Sequence record: SRR20825006_2977
Length of the DNA stretch: 56,021 nucleotides
Strand: one strand, 5' to 3'
In this document: one piece after another, positions 20,022-31,990 of the stretch
Numbering within the stretch: the stretch's first letter is position 1
Layout: each line of letters starts with the position of its first letter
Program-made: the position numbers and the translations under genes
The notes under the pieces: model-generated
What the model saw: the letters and a program-made list of their open reading frames with translations, nothing else
Databases searched by the model: none
Told to the model about the DNA's origin: nothing

Positions 20022-20711
20022 ATGAAGAACCCCCTCCAAAGGATCTGGAAACCTCTTACTTTGACCCTCTTTGCGTGCGCGTCTCCGCTCTACGCTTGCG
20101 GACCTGCAGTCGAGCCCCTGGGCGAAGGCGCCGTCTCACTCTCCTGGGAGGTGCTCCCGGGTGGATGCGAACAGGAAGGCGTGGAAGAGATCGAGATCTC
20201 GCTCGAGCCCACGCGCGGCGCGCCTGTCACCAACACGTTTCGCTGCCGCGCGGATGACGCCTCCATCGATGTGCTGGCAGGAAACTACAAGCTCGACGTC
20301 CGCGGCCTCGATTCGCGCTCGCGCGCTGTCGTCGGCGCGCCAACTCGAGAGATCGCGGTCAGTGATGGCTTCGTCACCGAGCTCGGCAAGGCGCTCGAGT
20401 TGACCGCGCTGCCTGGCAGCGTTCAGATCGGCTGGAGGTTCGCCGATGGGCGCGTTTGTGGCGCCCACGGTGTCTCCGAGATCGAGCTCACCGTCTTCGA
20501 TGACGCCTCCTTCCAAATCGCGCGTGACCGCTTCACCTGCAACGACGGCGCAGGCGTGGTCCTCGACCTCCCACAGCAAACTTACATGATTCTCGGGAGG
20601 GCGAGCGGCGTCGATGGCCAGGAGGTGGTTCGATTTGAAGGGACCGTCGAAGTTGGCGTCAAGCGCGGCAGTGAGACCAGCGCCTCGTTGGTCCTCGAGC
20701 GTTCCGAGTAG
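20022..20711 (+). CDS. Putative lipoprotein with two internal beta-rich repeats
   Basis: Lipobox-like LYAC. Duplicated W..C...GV.EIE...F.C motif. Confidence 0.65.
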   Translation: MKNPLQRIWKPLTLTLFACASPLYACGPAVEPLGEGAVSLSWEVLPGGCEQEGVEEIEISLEPTRGAPVTNTFRCRADDASIDVLAGNYKLDVRGLDSRSRAVVGAPTREIAVSDGFVTELGKALELTALPGSVQIGWRFADGRVCGAHGVSEIELTVFDDASFQIARDRFTCNDGAGVVLDLPQQTYMILGRASGVDGQEVVRFEGTVEVGVKRGSETSASLVLERSE

Positions 20712-20723
20712 CAGTCGCCTTGA

Positions 20724-22370
<1,647 letters not shown>

Positions 22371-22448
22371 ACCCGGCCATCTCCACCGACGCGTCCACAA
22401 CCTGTGCTTCTTCTTCTCAAAACCATCTATTGAATCGAGAGCGCCACG

Positions 22449-24002
22449 ATGATTCTGATCCTCGACTACGGAAGCCAGTACACGCTCCTCATCGCACGCC
22501 GCGTGCGCGAGATGGGGGTCTACTCCGAGGTCTGGCCCTGCAATGATCCTCGCGTCGAGGATCAGGTCCTCGCGGGAGAGAGCGAGCATGACATCGAAGG
22601 TATTATCCTCTCTGGAGGGCCTGCCAGCGTCACCATCGAGGGCGCGCCAGCGCTCGCCGGAGGGTTGCTCGAGCTGGGCATCCCGATCCTCGGGATCTGC
22701 TATGGGATGCAGGCGATCTCGCACGCGCTCGGCGCGTCCATCTCTCCAGCTACAGTGCGCGAGTATGGCCGCACCGAGCTTATCGTCGAGCAATCTGTAG
22801 GATTGCTCGACGGCTTCGACGTCGGCGCGAAGACGCAGGTCTGGATGAGCCATGGTGACTCGGTGGAGGACCTCCCCGAGGGGTTCGAGAGGATCGCGAC
22901 CACCGAGAACGGTGTCCTCGCCGCGATCGGGAACACCGAGCGCGCGATCTATGGCGTGCAGTTTCACCCAGAGGTCGCGCACACCACCGAAGGCGCGAAG
23001 ATGCTCGAGAACTTCGTCTTTGGCGTTTGCGAGAGCGCGAAGGATTGGGAGCTCGCACATTTTCTCGACGAAGAGGTCGCGAGGATTCAGGAGCGCGTCG
23101 GTGAGGACGAGCGCGTGATCTGTGGCCTCTCAGGCGGCGTGGATTCATCCGTGGTCGCCGCGATCTTGCACCGCGCCATCGGCGAGCGATTGACGTGCGT
23201 GTTTGTCGACAATGGGTTGCTCCGGCACCAGGAGTCCGACAACGTGCGTGAGGTCTTCGAGGAGCACTTCGGCGTGGATCTTCGCGTGGTCGATGCGAGG
23301 AAGGATTTCCTCGACGCGCTCGCTGGCGTGGAGGATCCCGAGCTCAAGCGAAAGCGCATCGGCGAGGTGTTTATTCGGGTCTTCGAGCGCGTCGCTGGCG
23401 AGATCGAGGGGGCCGCTTACCTCGCGCAAGGGACGCTCTATCCCGACGTGATCGAGTCGGTCTCTGTGAGGGGACCTTCTGCCACGATCAAGTCGCACCA
23501 CAACGTGGGCGGTCTGCCCGAACATATGAACTTCGAGTTGATCGAGCCGCTGCGCGAGCTCTTCAAGGATGAGGTGCGCGACCTCGGGCGAGAGCTCGGG
23601 TTGCCCGAGAAGATGATCGATCGTCACCCGTTCCCGGGACCGGGCCTCGCGGTGCGAATCCTCGGAGATATCACCGAGGAGCGCCTGGCGATTGTCCGCG
23701 CCGCCGATCATATCTTTATCGACATGCTCCGCCGCGAAGATCTCTATCACGCGGCCTGGCAGGCTTTCGCCGTCCTGCTCCCCGTGCGCACCGTCGGCGT
23801 GATGGGGGATGCGAGGACCTATGATCAGGTCATCGCGCTGCGCGCGGTGACCTCGACAGATGGGATGACCGCAGATCGCGCACACCTCCCGATGGATTTT
23901 CTCGGGCGCGTCTCCGATCGCATCATCAACGAGGTGCGCGGCGTCAATCGGGTCGTCTACGATGTCTCGAGCAAACCCCCCGCGACCATCGAGTGGGAAT
24001 GA
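22449..24002 (+). CDS. guaA: GMP synthase (glutamine-hydrolysing)
   Basis: 'LGICYGMQ', 'QFHPEV', 'SGGVDSSV', C-terminal '[10 protein letters not shown]'. Confidence 0.98.
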   Translation: MILILDYGSQYTLLIARRVREMGVYSEVWPCNDPRVEDQVLAGESEHDIEGIILSGGPASVTIEGAPALAGGLLELGIPILGICYGMQAISHALGASISPATVREYGRTELIVEQSVGLLDGFDVGAKTQVWMSHGDSVEDLPEGFERIATTENGVLAAIGNTERAIYGVQFHPEVAHTTEGAKMLENFVFGVCESAKDWELAHFLDEEVARIQERVGEDERVICGLSGGVDSSVVAAILHRAIGERLTCVFVDNGLLRHQESDNVREVFEEHFGVDLRVVDARKDFLDALAGVEDPELKRKRIGEVFIRVFERVAGEIEGAAYLAQGTLYPDVIESVSVRGPSATIKSHHNVGGLPEHMNFELIEPLRELFKDEVRDLGRELGLPEKMIDRHPFPGPGLAVRILGDITEERLAIVRAADHIFIDMLRREDLYHAAWQAFAVLLPVRTVGVMGDARTYDQVIALRAVTSTDGMTADRAHLPMDFLGRVSDRIINEVRGVNRVVYDVSSKPPATIEWE

Positions 24003-24113
24003 CATCTGGCGAAGGTGGCTTTTTTGCCAGCGTCGCCGTGTTGCGTTAAGACGGTAGGGTAGGGGGGCTTCTGTCTTTGTCCTACATCCTCAGATGTTTG
24101 GAGGACGCAACCC

Positions 24114-25085
24114 ATGAACGAGATGTCATCACGCGAGAAAGCCATGGTCGGCCACACCTTTACACGATTGCTCCAGATGTCCATCTTCGCGCTCGCTGCC
24201 TTCGCGATGCCCGCCGCCAGCTCGGTGGCAAACGCGCAGGAGAAAGAGCGTGACGAACCGCTCATGGTGTTTCTGACCGAGGAGGTTCGGGCTGCACAGG
24301 ATGCACGCGAGGTCGCCTTCTGGTGGAAGGACTTCTCCTCACCGGTGTGGACCGAGACTGACCGCGCGCTCACCCGAGCGCTCGAGCGCTCGGGTGGCGT
24401 CGTCGCCAAGCCGGGCGCCGCTGGAAAGAAGGTCTCTCGTCTCTATTCGACGCCATACCTCCCCGATGAAAACGCTGCATCACTGGCTGGGTTGCTCGGC
24501 TCGAGCGATGCGTTCGTAGGGGCGGTGATTTATGAAGTCATCCCCTCCGAGCTGCCTGTGGCAAAGGTCGGTTGGCGCGCCCTGGTTAGCCTCGAGCTGG
24601 TAGACGCGGCGACGCAACGCCCGGTCGGCCAGCGCATCGTGATCGAGCGCGTCGTGTTCGCCAACAACAAGGATGCGGGCTTGAAGGAGGCGCGCGCTCA
24701 GGTCGCGGACGGTCTGGCGAAGCTGATGCTCCGCACGAGGCAGCGCGCCAAGGGCCCCGTGGGGCTCGCCGCGGATACCGAGCGGGAGGAGCCTTATGTG
24801 GTCTTGCGCAAGGGGGAGCGGAGCGCCGCGCTCGAGACGCTGCGACGTTCATTGCTCGCAGTGGAGGGCGTCGATGATGTCGTCGTGCGTTGGGTCGCTC
24901 GTGGCCACATCGCCCTCGAGATCAACCCGGGCAAGGAGGATGATCCCTTGCTCGTGCAGCGCGCCGTGCAGGCGGTGACCGAGCAACCTCCCGGCCCGGT
25001 GAACTTTGCCATCGGCCAGGACGCCAGCGTTCGAAACGCGATCCTTATCGACCTCGTCGAGCAGGTCGCGCCTCCCACCGAGTAA
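24114..25085 (+). CDS. Exported hypothetical protein
   Basis: Signal peptide ending ANA-Q; coding-like sequence. Start uncertain. Confidence 0.6.
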   Translation: MNEMSSREKAMVGHTFTRLLQMSIFALAAFAMPAASSVANAQEKERDEPLMVFLTEEVRAAQDAREVAFWWKDFSSPVWTETDRALTRALERSGGVVAKPGAAGKKVSRLYSTPYLPDENAASLAGLLGSSDAFVGAVIYEVIPSELPVAKVGWRALVSLELVDAATQRPVGQRIVIERVVFANNKDAGLKEARAQVADGLAKLMLRTRQRAKGPVGLAADTEREEPYVVLRKGERSAALETLRRSLLAVEGVDDVVVRWVARGHIALEINPGKEDDPLLVQRAVQAVTEQPPGPVNFAIGQDASVRNAILIDLVEQVAPPTE

Positions 25086-25211
25086 GGATCATGTCCCCAC
25101 ATGGCGAGGTTGAGGTTGACGTTGACCCTGGCCTCTTCCACCTTATTCTAGTTCGAACGAACAGATGCAACTGGGTGGATGAATGATAGCCTGTGTGGAT
25201 GAGGTGCTCTC

Positions 25212-26708
25212 GTGAGTGACGTGTTCCCCGAAGGCCAGCCTGATGATGCGTCCGAGCTCGAAGAGCGCGAGGCGATCCAGGCGTGGCACAAGTATGGGAA
25301 GTATCCCTATCTCCTCGCAAAGTTCGCGTTTTTCGGTGCGATTTTTGTGCTGCTCTTCGTGTGCCTTCGCACGGTCGAGAGCGTGGCGTTCCCGCTCTTC
25401 TTGAGCTTGCTGACGGCCTACCTGCTCGATCCTCTCATCGATCGCTTCGAGGAGAAGAACATCGATCGCACGATCGCCATCGCGATCGTGATCGTGTTGA
25501 TGGGGCTCGGGTTCGTGCTGCTCGTGTTGGTGCTCTACCCGTTGGTCGCTCGTCAGGTGATCAACGTCGCGCAGAAGTTTCCAACACTCCTCGACACGCT
25601 CCAGAACAAGGTCTTCCCCTGGTTGCAATCCCAGGCGGGCTTCGAGATGCCGGTCAACTTTCAGACGGCGGTCATGCAGTATGGTGAGGAGCTCAAGTCC
25701 GCGGCGCCGACGATCTTCAAGAAGGTGGGTGACTGGGGAACGGGCTTGTTGACGCAAACCGGCGTGATCGTCGCCAGCTTGCTCAACCTGATCATGATCC
25801 CGATCTTCACGTTCTATTTCCTGCGTGACTTCGACAAGATGAAGGGGGGCGCAGCCCAATTCATCCCGTTGTATCGCCGCGACGTGGTCGTCGACAGGCT
25901 CCACAAGATCGATGACGTGGTCGGCGCCTGGTTCCGTGGGCAGATCCAGGTCTCGCTGATCCTCGCCGCGCTCTACGGCGTCGGCCTCGGCACCGCGTTC
26001 GCGGTGACGGGGCACGAGGCGTTCGATGGGTTCGCGCTCGGCGCCATCTCGGGCCTGCTCAATGTGATCCCGTATGTCGGCTTCGCCGTGGGGTTCGTGC
26101 TCTCGGTGTTGGTCGTGCTCATCGAGTGGACCGGGTGGGGCTCGCTCATCGGTGTCCTGATCGTGTTCTCGGTGGTGCAGGGGCTCGAGGGTTACGTCAT
26201 CACGCCCAAGGTGGTCGGCGAGAAGGTCGGCTTGAGCCCTGTGGCAGTGATTATCGTGTTGTTGCTTGGTGGTGAGCTCGCGGGGTTGCTCGGGGTCTTG
26301 CTCGCGATCCCCGTGGCGGGCGCGCTCAAGGTGCTCTTGCCCGACATTATCGGCATGTACCGAGAGTCCGCCTACTTCACGGGGTCTGACCCGAGCGCGC
26401 TCGAGATGATGCATCACGATGACGTGGACAAGAAGAGGCCGCCCCAGGAGCGGGTGAGCGTCGTGCCCAAAGCATCGTTAGAGCCGCTCGAGGAGGAGGA
26501 CGTTCCCGTCGAGGATGACGCCGTTGACCTGGAGCGCGAGGACGAGCGCGAGGATGAGGTCGAGGAGGCGCGAGAAGACGCCGGCGAGGATGCCGAGGAT
26601 CGCGCCGAGGACGAGGCTTCTGGCGAGGGTGAGCCTGACGGTGATAGCGAGGAGCACGAGGAGGCTCAGGCCGCGAAGTCGAAGGTGGCGAGTTCCGAGG
26701 AGGAATGA
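25212..26708 (+). CDS. AI-2E (PerM) family transporter with an acidic tail
   Basis: 'AYLLDPLI', 'IPYVG', 'EGYVITPKVVGEKVGLSP', 'GVLLAIP'. Confidence 0.92.
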   Translation: MSDVFPEGQPDDASELEEREAIQAWHKYGKYPYLLAKFAFFGAIFVLLFVCLRTVESVAFPLFLSLLTAYLLDPLIDRFEEKNIDRTIAIAIVIVLMGLGFVLLVLVLYPLVARQVINVAQKFPTLLDTLQNKVFPWLQSQAGFEMPVNFQTAVMQYGEELKSAAPTIFKKVGDWGTGLLTQTGVIVASLLNLIMIPIFTFYFLRDFDKMKGGAAQFIPLYRRDVVVDRLHKIDDVVGAWFRGQIQVSLILAALYGVGLGTAFAVTGHEAFDGFALGAISGLLNVIPYVGFAVGFVLSVLVVLIEWTGWGSLIGVLIVFSVVQGLEGYVITPKVVGEKVGLSPVAVIIVLLLGGELAGLLGVLLAIPVAGALKVLLPDIIGMYRESAYFTGSDPSALEMMHHDDVDKKRPPQERVSVVPKASLEPLEEEDVPVEDDAVDLEREDEREDEVEEAREDAGEDAEDRAEDEASGEGEPDGDSEEHEEAQAAKSKVASSEEE

Positions 26709-26835
26709 GCGAACCCCTCTGGACTTCAGGTGTTCGTATTCGATACGATCCGTTGTGTCCCGACGGTAATTCTCGCGTACAATGTGACGCATCGGATGCG
26801 TCGACCTTTTGTTTGAGATCAAGGAGCCCGCGAAC

Positions 26836-28980
26836 GTGAGTCGAGAACAGGAAAACAAACTCCGTGAGGAGATCCAGCAGTTGATCTCGCGCAAGTATGC
26901 TTCACTCGATCCCGTGAGGGTTTCGATCCTGTTGGAGTCGCTCTCGGTCGAGTTCGAGGAGGCGGCGCGCAACGAACGTTCGAGGCCACCAGCGCAGGCG
27001 CCCAAATCGGATCCCAGGACTTCGCCAACGAGCGGTAAGCGAACCGGCGGCAGCGCTGACGCGAGCTCCTCGATCGACTTCCTCGAGATCTCGATCGTGG
27101 CCGTGGACGAGCGCCAGGTCGCGAGCCTCCTGAATCAGATCGTCAACGTCGGCGCGTTGATGATGGAGGTCGATAGCCCGGTCAAGCTCAACGAGTTTGT
27201 GACCCTCGCCATCGAATATGCGCCGCTCCAGTTCAGCATGGAAATCACGGGGCGCGTGGTCAACATCTCCTCGCGCGGTACCGCCATCGAGGTCATGAAG
27301 CTCGAGCGTGAGGATCGCGCCGCGCTCGAGAGCCTCTACCAGGACTACCAACACTTGCTCCACGATGCGTCTCAGAGCTCCTCTCAGGAGGAGCTCTCGG
27401 AGCCTGCGAGGGCGCCTTCTTCGAGCGCACCTGCGGTGACGCCGACTCCGGCGTCCGCCACGCGCTCCACGCGCGAAGGGACGCCCGTGCGCTCCGCGGT
27501 TTCGAGGACCTCGGAAGGTCCCATGGCGCGCCTTGGCTCCACGCTCGACAGCGCGCGCTTCACCGTGCGCAAGCAGGTCGCCATCACCAAGCCTGACGAG
27601 CAGGTCGCCAATATCGCGGCGATGGGCGAGCCCGAGAGTAAGCCGGAGCAAGGCAAGAACGAAAAGCACGAGGAGTTCTACGGTCCCCTCGTTCATTGGA
27701 TCGAACCACAGGGAGATCCCGACCGGATCGAGCAACTCACCGACGAGCGTATCCTCGATATCTTCCTCCAGCTCTCGGGGCATGCCTTCTCGGGGATGCT
27801 CCAGCTGCGCCAGAAAGGTGCAAAGAGCAAGGAGGAGATCATCTGGCAACTCCTCTTCGACAGCGGCTTCCTGGTGGAAGCCTCGCGAAGACCTCGCGCG
27901 CCGAGGAGCGAGCTCGGGCATATGCTCTTGCTCGCCAACAGGATCAAGAAAGAGGATCTCTCCATCGCCGCCGCGCACGCGGACGAGCATCAACTGCCGA
28001 TCGAGCGCGGTCTCCTCGAACTCGACCTGCTCGAGCCCAACGCCTTGCGTCAGTCACTCGCGGGGCGCCTCACCTTCGTGCTGCGAAAGCTCTGTGGCGT
28101 GACCGAGGGCACCGTCGAGATCTACAGCGAGGAGAGCTTGCCGGCTGGCTACCTGCCAACACCTCCTCTGCGCGTGCACGTGGCCGTCGAACGCACCGTC
28201 TTCCAGTTGCTCTTCGAGCAACTTCGTCAGCTCTCGGTTCGCGAGCGAGAGAAGCAAGCCTACGCCGAGCTCGACGCATACCCCGAGTCAGGTCCAGAAG
28301 AGGTCGATCGCGTCGAGCGCGCGCTGACCAACGAGGATCACCTCAAGTTCATTCGCCGCCTCGCGACCGGGCGGCGGCGACTGCGCGAGGTCATCACCGA
28401 GAGCCCACTGAGCGGCTCGGACACCTTCGCGATCCTCTTCGCGCTCCACCGTATGGGGCTCTTGAGGTTTGACCGCTCGCTTCACCATACGGTCGTGCGC
28501 GAGCGCTACCGCGAGAACGTGACGGTCAAGTACCTCAGCGTGCACAAGGCCTCCTACTTCGAGGTGCTGAACGTGCACTGGTCGAGTTATGACGAGGTCA
28601 TCGAGCGCGCATATCGCGAGCTGATCCAGCAGTTCGATCCTGGCGAGGTGCCCGAGAACCTCGAGAAAGAGGTTCACCAACGCGTCTCCGATATCCGCGA
28701 GCGCATCGAGTCTGCCTATCAGGTGCTCGCTCGCCGCGAACATCGTCACGCCTATCGCACGCGCATCATGCCCGAGTACAAGCTCGCGCACGCGGTCCCG
28801 CTCTTCTTGAAGCAGTGCGAGTTGGCGCAACGACGCAACCAGATCGAGGAGGCATGCGACAGCCTCAAGCGAGTCCTCGAGCTCGATCCAAACCACGAGA
28901 CCGCGCGAGCGCAGCTCGCCGGGTTCGAGCAGCGCCTCAAGGGAGACCTCGCCGAGAGCAGCTCATCGATGCCTATCTGA
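26836..28980 (+). CDS. PilZ-like, DUF4388-like, J-like and TPR multidomain protein
   Basis: PilZ-like barrel (EITGRVV...GTAIE), 'FSGMLQL...LLFDSGFLVEA', J-like 'YFEVLNV...IERAYREL', terminal TPR. GTG start after aaggag. Confidence 0.65.
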   Translation: MSREQENKLREEIQQLISRKYASLDPVRVSILLESLSVEFEEAARNERSRPPAQAPKSDPRTSPTSGKRTGGSADASSSIDFLEISIVAVDERQVASLLNQIVNVGALMMEVDSPVKLNEFVTLAIEYAPLQFSMEITGRVVNISSRGTAIEVMKLEREDRAALESLYQDYQHLLHDASQSSSQEELSEPARAPSSSAPAVTPTPASATRSTREGTPVRSAVSRTSEGPMARLGSTLDSARFTVRKQVAITKPDEQVANIAAMGEPESKPEQGKNEKHEEFYGPLVHWIEPQGDPDRIEQLTDERILDIFLQLSGHAFSGMLQLRQKGAKSKEEIIWQLLFDSGFLVEASRRPRAPRSELGHMLLLANRIKKEDLSIAAAHADEHQLPIERGLLELDLLEPNALRQSLAGRLTFVLRKLCGVTEGTVEIYSEESLPAGYLPTPPLRVHVAVERTVFQLLFEQLRQLSVREREKQAYAELDAYPESGPEEVDRVERALTNEDHLKFIRRLATGRRRLREVITESPLSGSDTFAILFALHRMGLLRFDRSLHHTVVRERYRENVTVKYLSVHKASYFEVLNVHWSSYDEVIERAYRELIQQFDPGEVPENLEKEVHQRVSDIRERIESAYQVLARREHRHAYRTRIMPEYKLAHAVPLFLKQCELAQRRNQIEEACDSLKRVLELDPNHETARAQLAGFEQRLKGDLAESSSSMPI

Positions 28981-28999
28981 CTGAATGGAAAACACTTTT

Positions 29000-29064
29000 C
29001 GACTGAAGGAGAGGACGCAGCCTCAGCGTGCTGAGGCTGCGTCCTCTCCTTCAGTCGTTTTCTT
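29000..29064 (+). terminator. Long hairpin terminator
   Basis: 28-bp perfect arms 29000-29027 and 29030-29057, followed by ttttctt. Confidence 0.7.
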
Positions 29065-29128
29065 GTCCTCCTTTCTAAGCGTGCTACGGTGCATGTAGGA
29101 TAAACGCTGTACACGTGAGATGTGAGCG

Positions 29129-29728
29129 ATGGGCAAGAGTAATAAAAGACGCAGCAAGACATCGAAGCCGGCTCGGCCACCGCGCCAGTTCGGCAGAACT
29201 TTGACCTGGACCGTGCTCCTTTCGCTGGTGTTTAGCGCGGGGCTTATCGTGGGCCAGCGTATGCTCAAGCAACGCTCGACGCCCGCGCTGGTCTCTGTCG
29301 CGCGGGCATCTCAGGCGGATTCTTCCGACAAGAAGGGTGATGCCCCCGCCAGGGATGGGAAGAAAGAGGATGGCGGCAAGGATAAGGGCGACAAGGGTGA
29401 CCTCTCGTTCTCGTTCTACGAGCGCCTCGGCACGGAGAAACCAACTGCCCTCGGTAAGATCGATCCTGGCAAGAAGAGCGGCGAGCAATTGCCCGCGCGC
29501 TACACGCTCCAGGTCGGCTCCTTTCCATCCTTGAAGCAGGCGCAGCGTAGCTTGCGCGAGCTCGAGAAGGGGGGCGTCGAAGCCTTCATGAGCGCGTCGG
29601 ATGTTCCCGACAAGGGGAAGGTCTACCGCGTGCGCGTCGGCAAGTTCCACACCATGGACGAAGCGCGTCAGTTCCAGGCTGAACTCAAACGGCAGCGCGA
29701 GCTCGAGGCTTTTGTCATGCCTCTTTGA
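29129..29728 (+). CDS. SPOR domain protein (FtsN/DedD-like)
   Basis: Basic N-terminus, one TM segment, 'FSFYERL', SPOR motif 'YTLQVGSF...YRVRVGKF'. Confidence 0.9.
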   Translation: MGKSNKRRSKTSKPARPPRQFGRTLTWTVLLSLVFSAGLIVGQRMLKQRSTPALVSVARASQADSSDKKGDAPARDGKKEDGGKDKGDKGDLSFSFYERLGTEKPTALGKIDPGKKSGEQLPARYTLQVGSFPSLKQAQRSLRELEKGGVEAFMSASDVPDKGKVYRVRVGKFHTMDEARQFQAELKRQRELEAFVMPL

Positions 29729-29744
29729 GCGCTGCTTCGAGCGT

Positions 29745-29806
29745 GCCAAAAAGGACACCCCCCGGCGACCTCGTTCACGAGGTCGCCGGGGGGTGTCCTT
29801 TTTGGC
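29745..29806. terminator. 30-bp perfect inverted repeat, probable terminator
   Basis: gccaaaaaggacaccccccggcgacctcgt-tc-acgaggtcgccggggggtgtcctttttggc. Confidence 0.7.
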
Positions 29807-30037
29807 GTCGCCCGAGGTCAAGATGTATGGAAGTGTAGGAAATGTAGGGAGTTGTGGTTCCTGTTGTCTTTTGCGATCGTGTTGGTTACAGTGCCCACAG
29901 ATCGATGATCTGTGACATATGTTCGTTACAGAGCGAATCGAACCATTCGCATGACTCGATCGCATCGAATTGTTGCGATCGGGAGCGCTTTTGGGTGAGC
30001 GCGTGAGCGAAAGTCGTTTGTTGGTGGAGAAGTAAGG

Positions 30038-30928
30038 ATGCGTATCCTTGGTGTCGGGTACTGTACGATGGATCATCTCGGTGTTGTCGAGAGGTTCGCC
30101 GAGCCAGATTTCAAGCTCGAGTTCGAGCAGTTTAGTGTTCAAGGTGGAGGGTCAGCTGCCACAGCGATGGTCGCGCTCGCTCGCCTCGGGATGAACGTCT
30201 CATTTGTCGGGAAGGTCGGTGATGATTCGGCAGGCCGCGATATCGTGAGCACGCTCGATGGCGAAGGCATCTCCACCGAGCATGTCGTCTATCAGAAAGG
30301 CGGCATCAGCCAATCTTCCTACATTATCGTCGAGGCGAGCACCGGGTGTAAGAAGACTTACTTCACCCGTGGCACGATCGAGCCGTTGACTCCCGAGGAG
30401 GTTTCGCTCGATCTGCTCGACGGGATCGATATCCTGCATGTCGACGCGACCTCTCCGGCGGCGCAGTTAAAGCTCATGCGCGAGGCGCGCGAGCGCGGCA
30501 TCACGGTGGTCCTCGATAACGAGCAGCCGAACCCGGACAGCGGTGAGTTGGTGGCGAGCTGTGATTTGCTCGTCGCGTCCGAGCGCTTTGCATCACAGTT
30601 TACTGGCGAGGGCGCGCTCGAGGCGATGTGTCGCGCCTTGTTAGAGCGTGGTCCTTCGACGGTTGTCGTGACATTGGGGGACGAGGGGAGCGTCGCGATG
30701 CGACGCGATGAAGGTGTCCTTCATCGCCGTCAGGCTCACCCCGTCGAGGTCCTCGACACCACCGGAGCAGGCGATGTCTTCCACGGCGCGTTTATCTATG
30801 GCGTGGCGCACGACTGGCCGCTCGACAAGAGCGTGGCGTTCGCCAATGTCGCCGCTGGAGAAGCGTGTCGCACGCTCGGCGGTCGCTCCATCTCGTTCGA
30901 CGTCGATACTTTCCTGACGCACGTCTGA
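30038..30928 (+). CDS. PfkB-family carbohydrate kinase
   Basis: 'GGGSAATAMVALARLG...FVGKVGDD', 'DTTGAGDVFHG'. Confidence 0.93.
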   Translation: MRILGVGYCTMDHLGVVERFAEPDFKLEFEQFSVQGGGSAATAMVALARLGMNVSFVGKVGDDSAGRDIVSTLDGEGISTEHVVYQKGGISQSSYIIVEASTGCKKTYFTRGTIEPLTPEEVSLDLLDGIDILHVDATSPAAQLKLMREARERGITVVLDNEQPNPDSGELVASCDLLVASERFASQFTGEGALEAMCRALLERGPSTVVVTLGDEGSVAMRRDEGVLHRRQAHPVEVLDTTGAGDVFHGAFIYGVAHDWPLDKSVAFANVAAGEACRTLGGRSISFDVDTFLTHV

Positions 30929-30940
30929 TGTGGTGAAGCA

Positions 30941-31002
30941 GGACCAAGAAAGCAAAGAGGCGCTGCTCGGAATCGAGCAGCGCCTCTTTGCTTTCTTGGT
31001 CC
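30941..31002. terminator. Bidirectional hairpin between convergent genes
   Basis: 29-bp perfect arms 30941-30969 and 30974-31002. Confidence 0.75.
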
Positions 31003-31009
31003 GTCGAGC

Positions 31010-31834
31010 TCAGTCGCGTTTGCTGTTGCGACGACGGTTGTTGCCGCCACCACCGCGGTTATTGCGACGGTTTCCGCCACGATTGCCACCGCCGCGATTG
31101 CCGCCGCCACGGTTGCCGCCATTGCGGTCGCCACCACCGCGACGATCGCGGCGCTTGCCGAATGGATCGCTCTCGCGCGTGGTCTTTTGCGTCTCGACCT
31201 TCCCGAGCTGGATGGCCCAGAACTCCTTGTTACGCAACGCGTTCACGAAGTCAGCCTGCGTCTCGATATCATTGATAAAGAAGGTCGCGTAGTCGCCGAT
31301 CTTCTCGCCAGCGCCCTTGGGATCGGAACCACCGGTGGTGGGGAGCCCGAGGAAAGATGCCGCCTCGAGGGCGAAGTCGATCTGGATGTCGCCGAGCCTG
31401 GAGTTGTAGACCTCGACGCCGTGGATGTTCTCGAGCGTGAAGAGCATATCCCCCATGTTAAAGGGGATATCCAGGTCGTAGGGGCGCGCGGCGATGAGCG
31501 CGCCACCCTTGGAGGTGAACAGCTCGATGATGTCCGCCGCGGTCGGTGTGGTCCACTCCGTCAGCGCGCTCCACTCCTCGCCGGTGTAGAACGTGTCGAT
31601 GTCCGGCACGAAGCCGAGCAGGAGACCTTTGTCCGTGGGGATCTCGACGCCGATGAAGACCTTGATGCCCTTGGCTTTTCCTGCCTCGATGGCCTCTTTG
31701 CAGCGTGACGAGCTGAGCTGTTCGGTAAACGCCACCGCGTCGATGCCAGCTTCTTTGGCGCGCGTGAGGACATCCTCGACGCTGACCTTGACACCTTGTG
31801 AGAGGGAGGATTTTGCGTGAATATCTATGAGCAT
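31010..31834 (-). CDS. PHP-domain protein with degenerate metal ligands and an RGG/N-rich tail
   Basis: PHP pattern IDIH..S / GIDAVAFTE / IGVEI / GVEVYNS / GGSD; tail (GGNR)n. Confidence 0.8.
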   Translation of the reverse strand: MLIDIHAKSSLSQGVKVSVEDVLTRAKEAGIDAVAFTEQLSSSRCKEAIEAGKAKGIKVFIGVEIPTDKGLLLGFVPDIDTFYTGEEWSALTEWTTPTAADIIELFTSKGGALIAARPYDLDIPFNMGDMLFTLENIHGVEVYNSRLGDIQIDFALEAASFLGLPTTGGSDPKGAGEKIGDYATFFINDIETQADFVNALRNKEFWAIQLGKVETQKTTRESDPFGKRRDRRGGGDRNGGNRGGGNRGGGNRGGNRRNNRGGGGNNRRRNSKRD

Positions 31835-31990
31835 GGTCGGTGCGTCGCTCCCTTTGAGGATCGCTCTCCCCGCGTATCATTCGCTACAGGGAGTCGTTTA
31901 CAAACGAGAGCCGCCTCATGGAAAGAATCAGAGGGCGGCTCGTAAGATTCGGGCTCGTTATAGACTGGATAGGACGTTTGGTAAAGGGCC

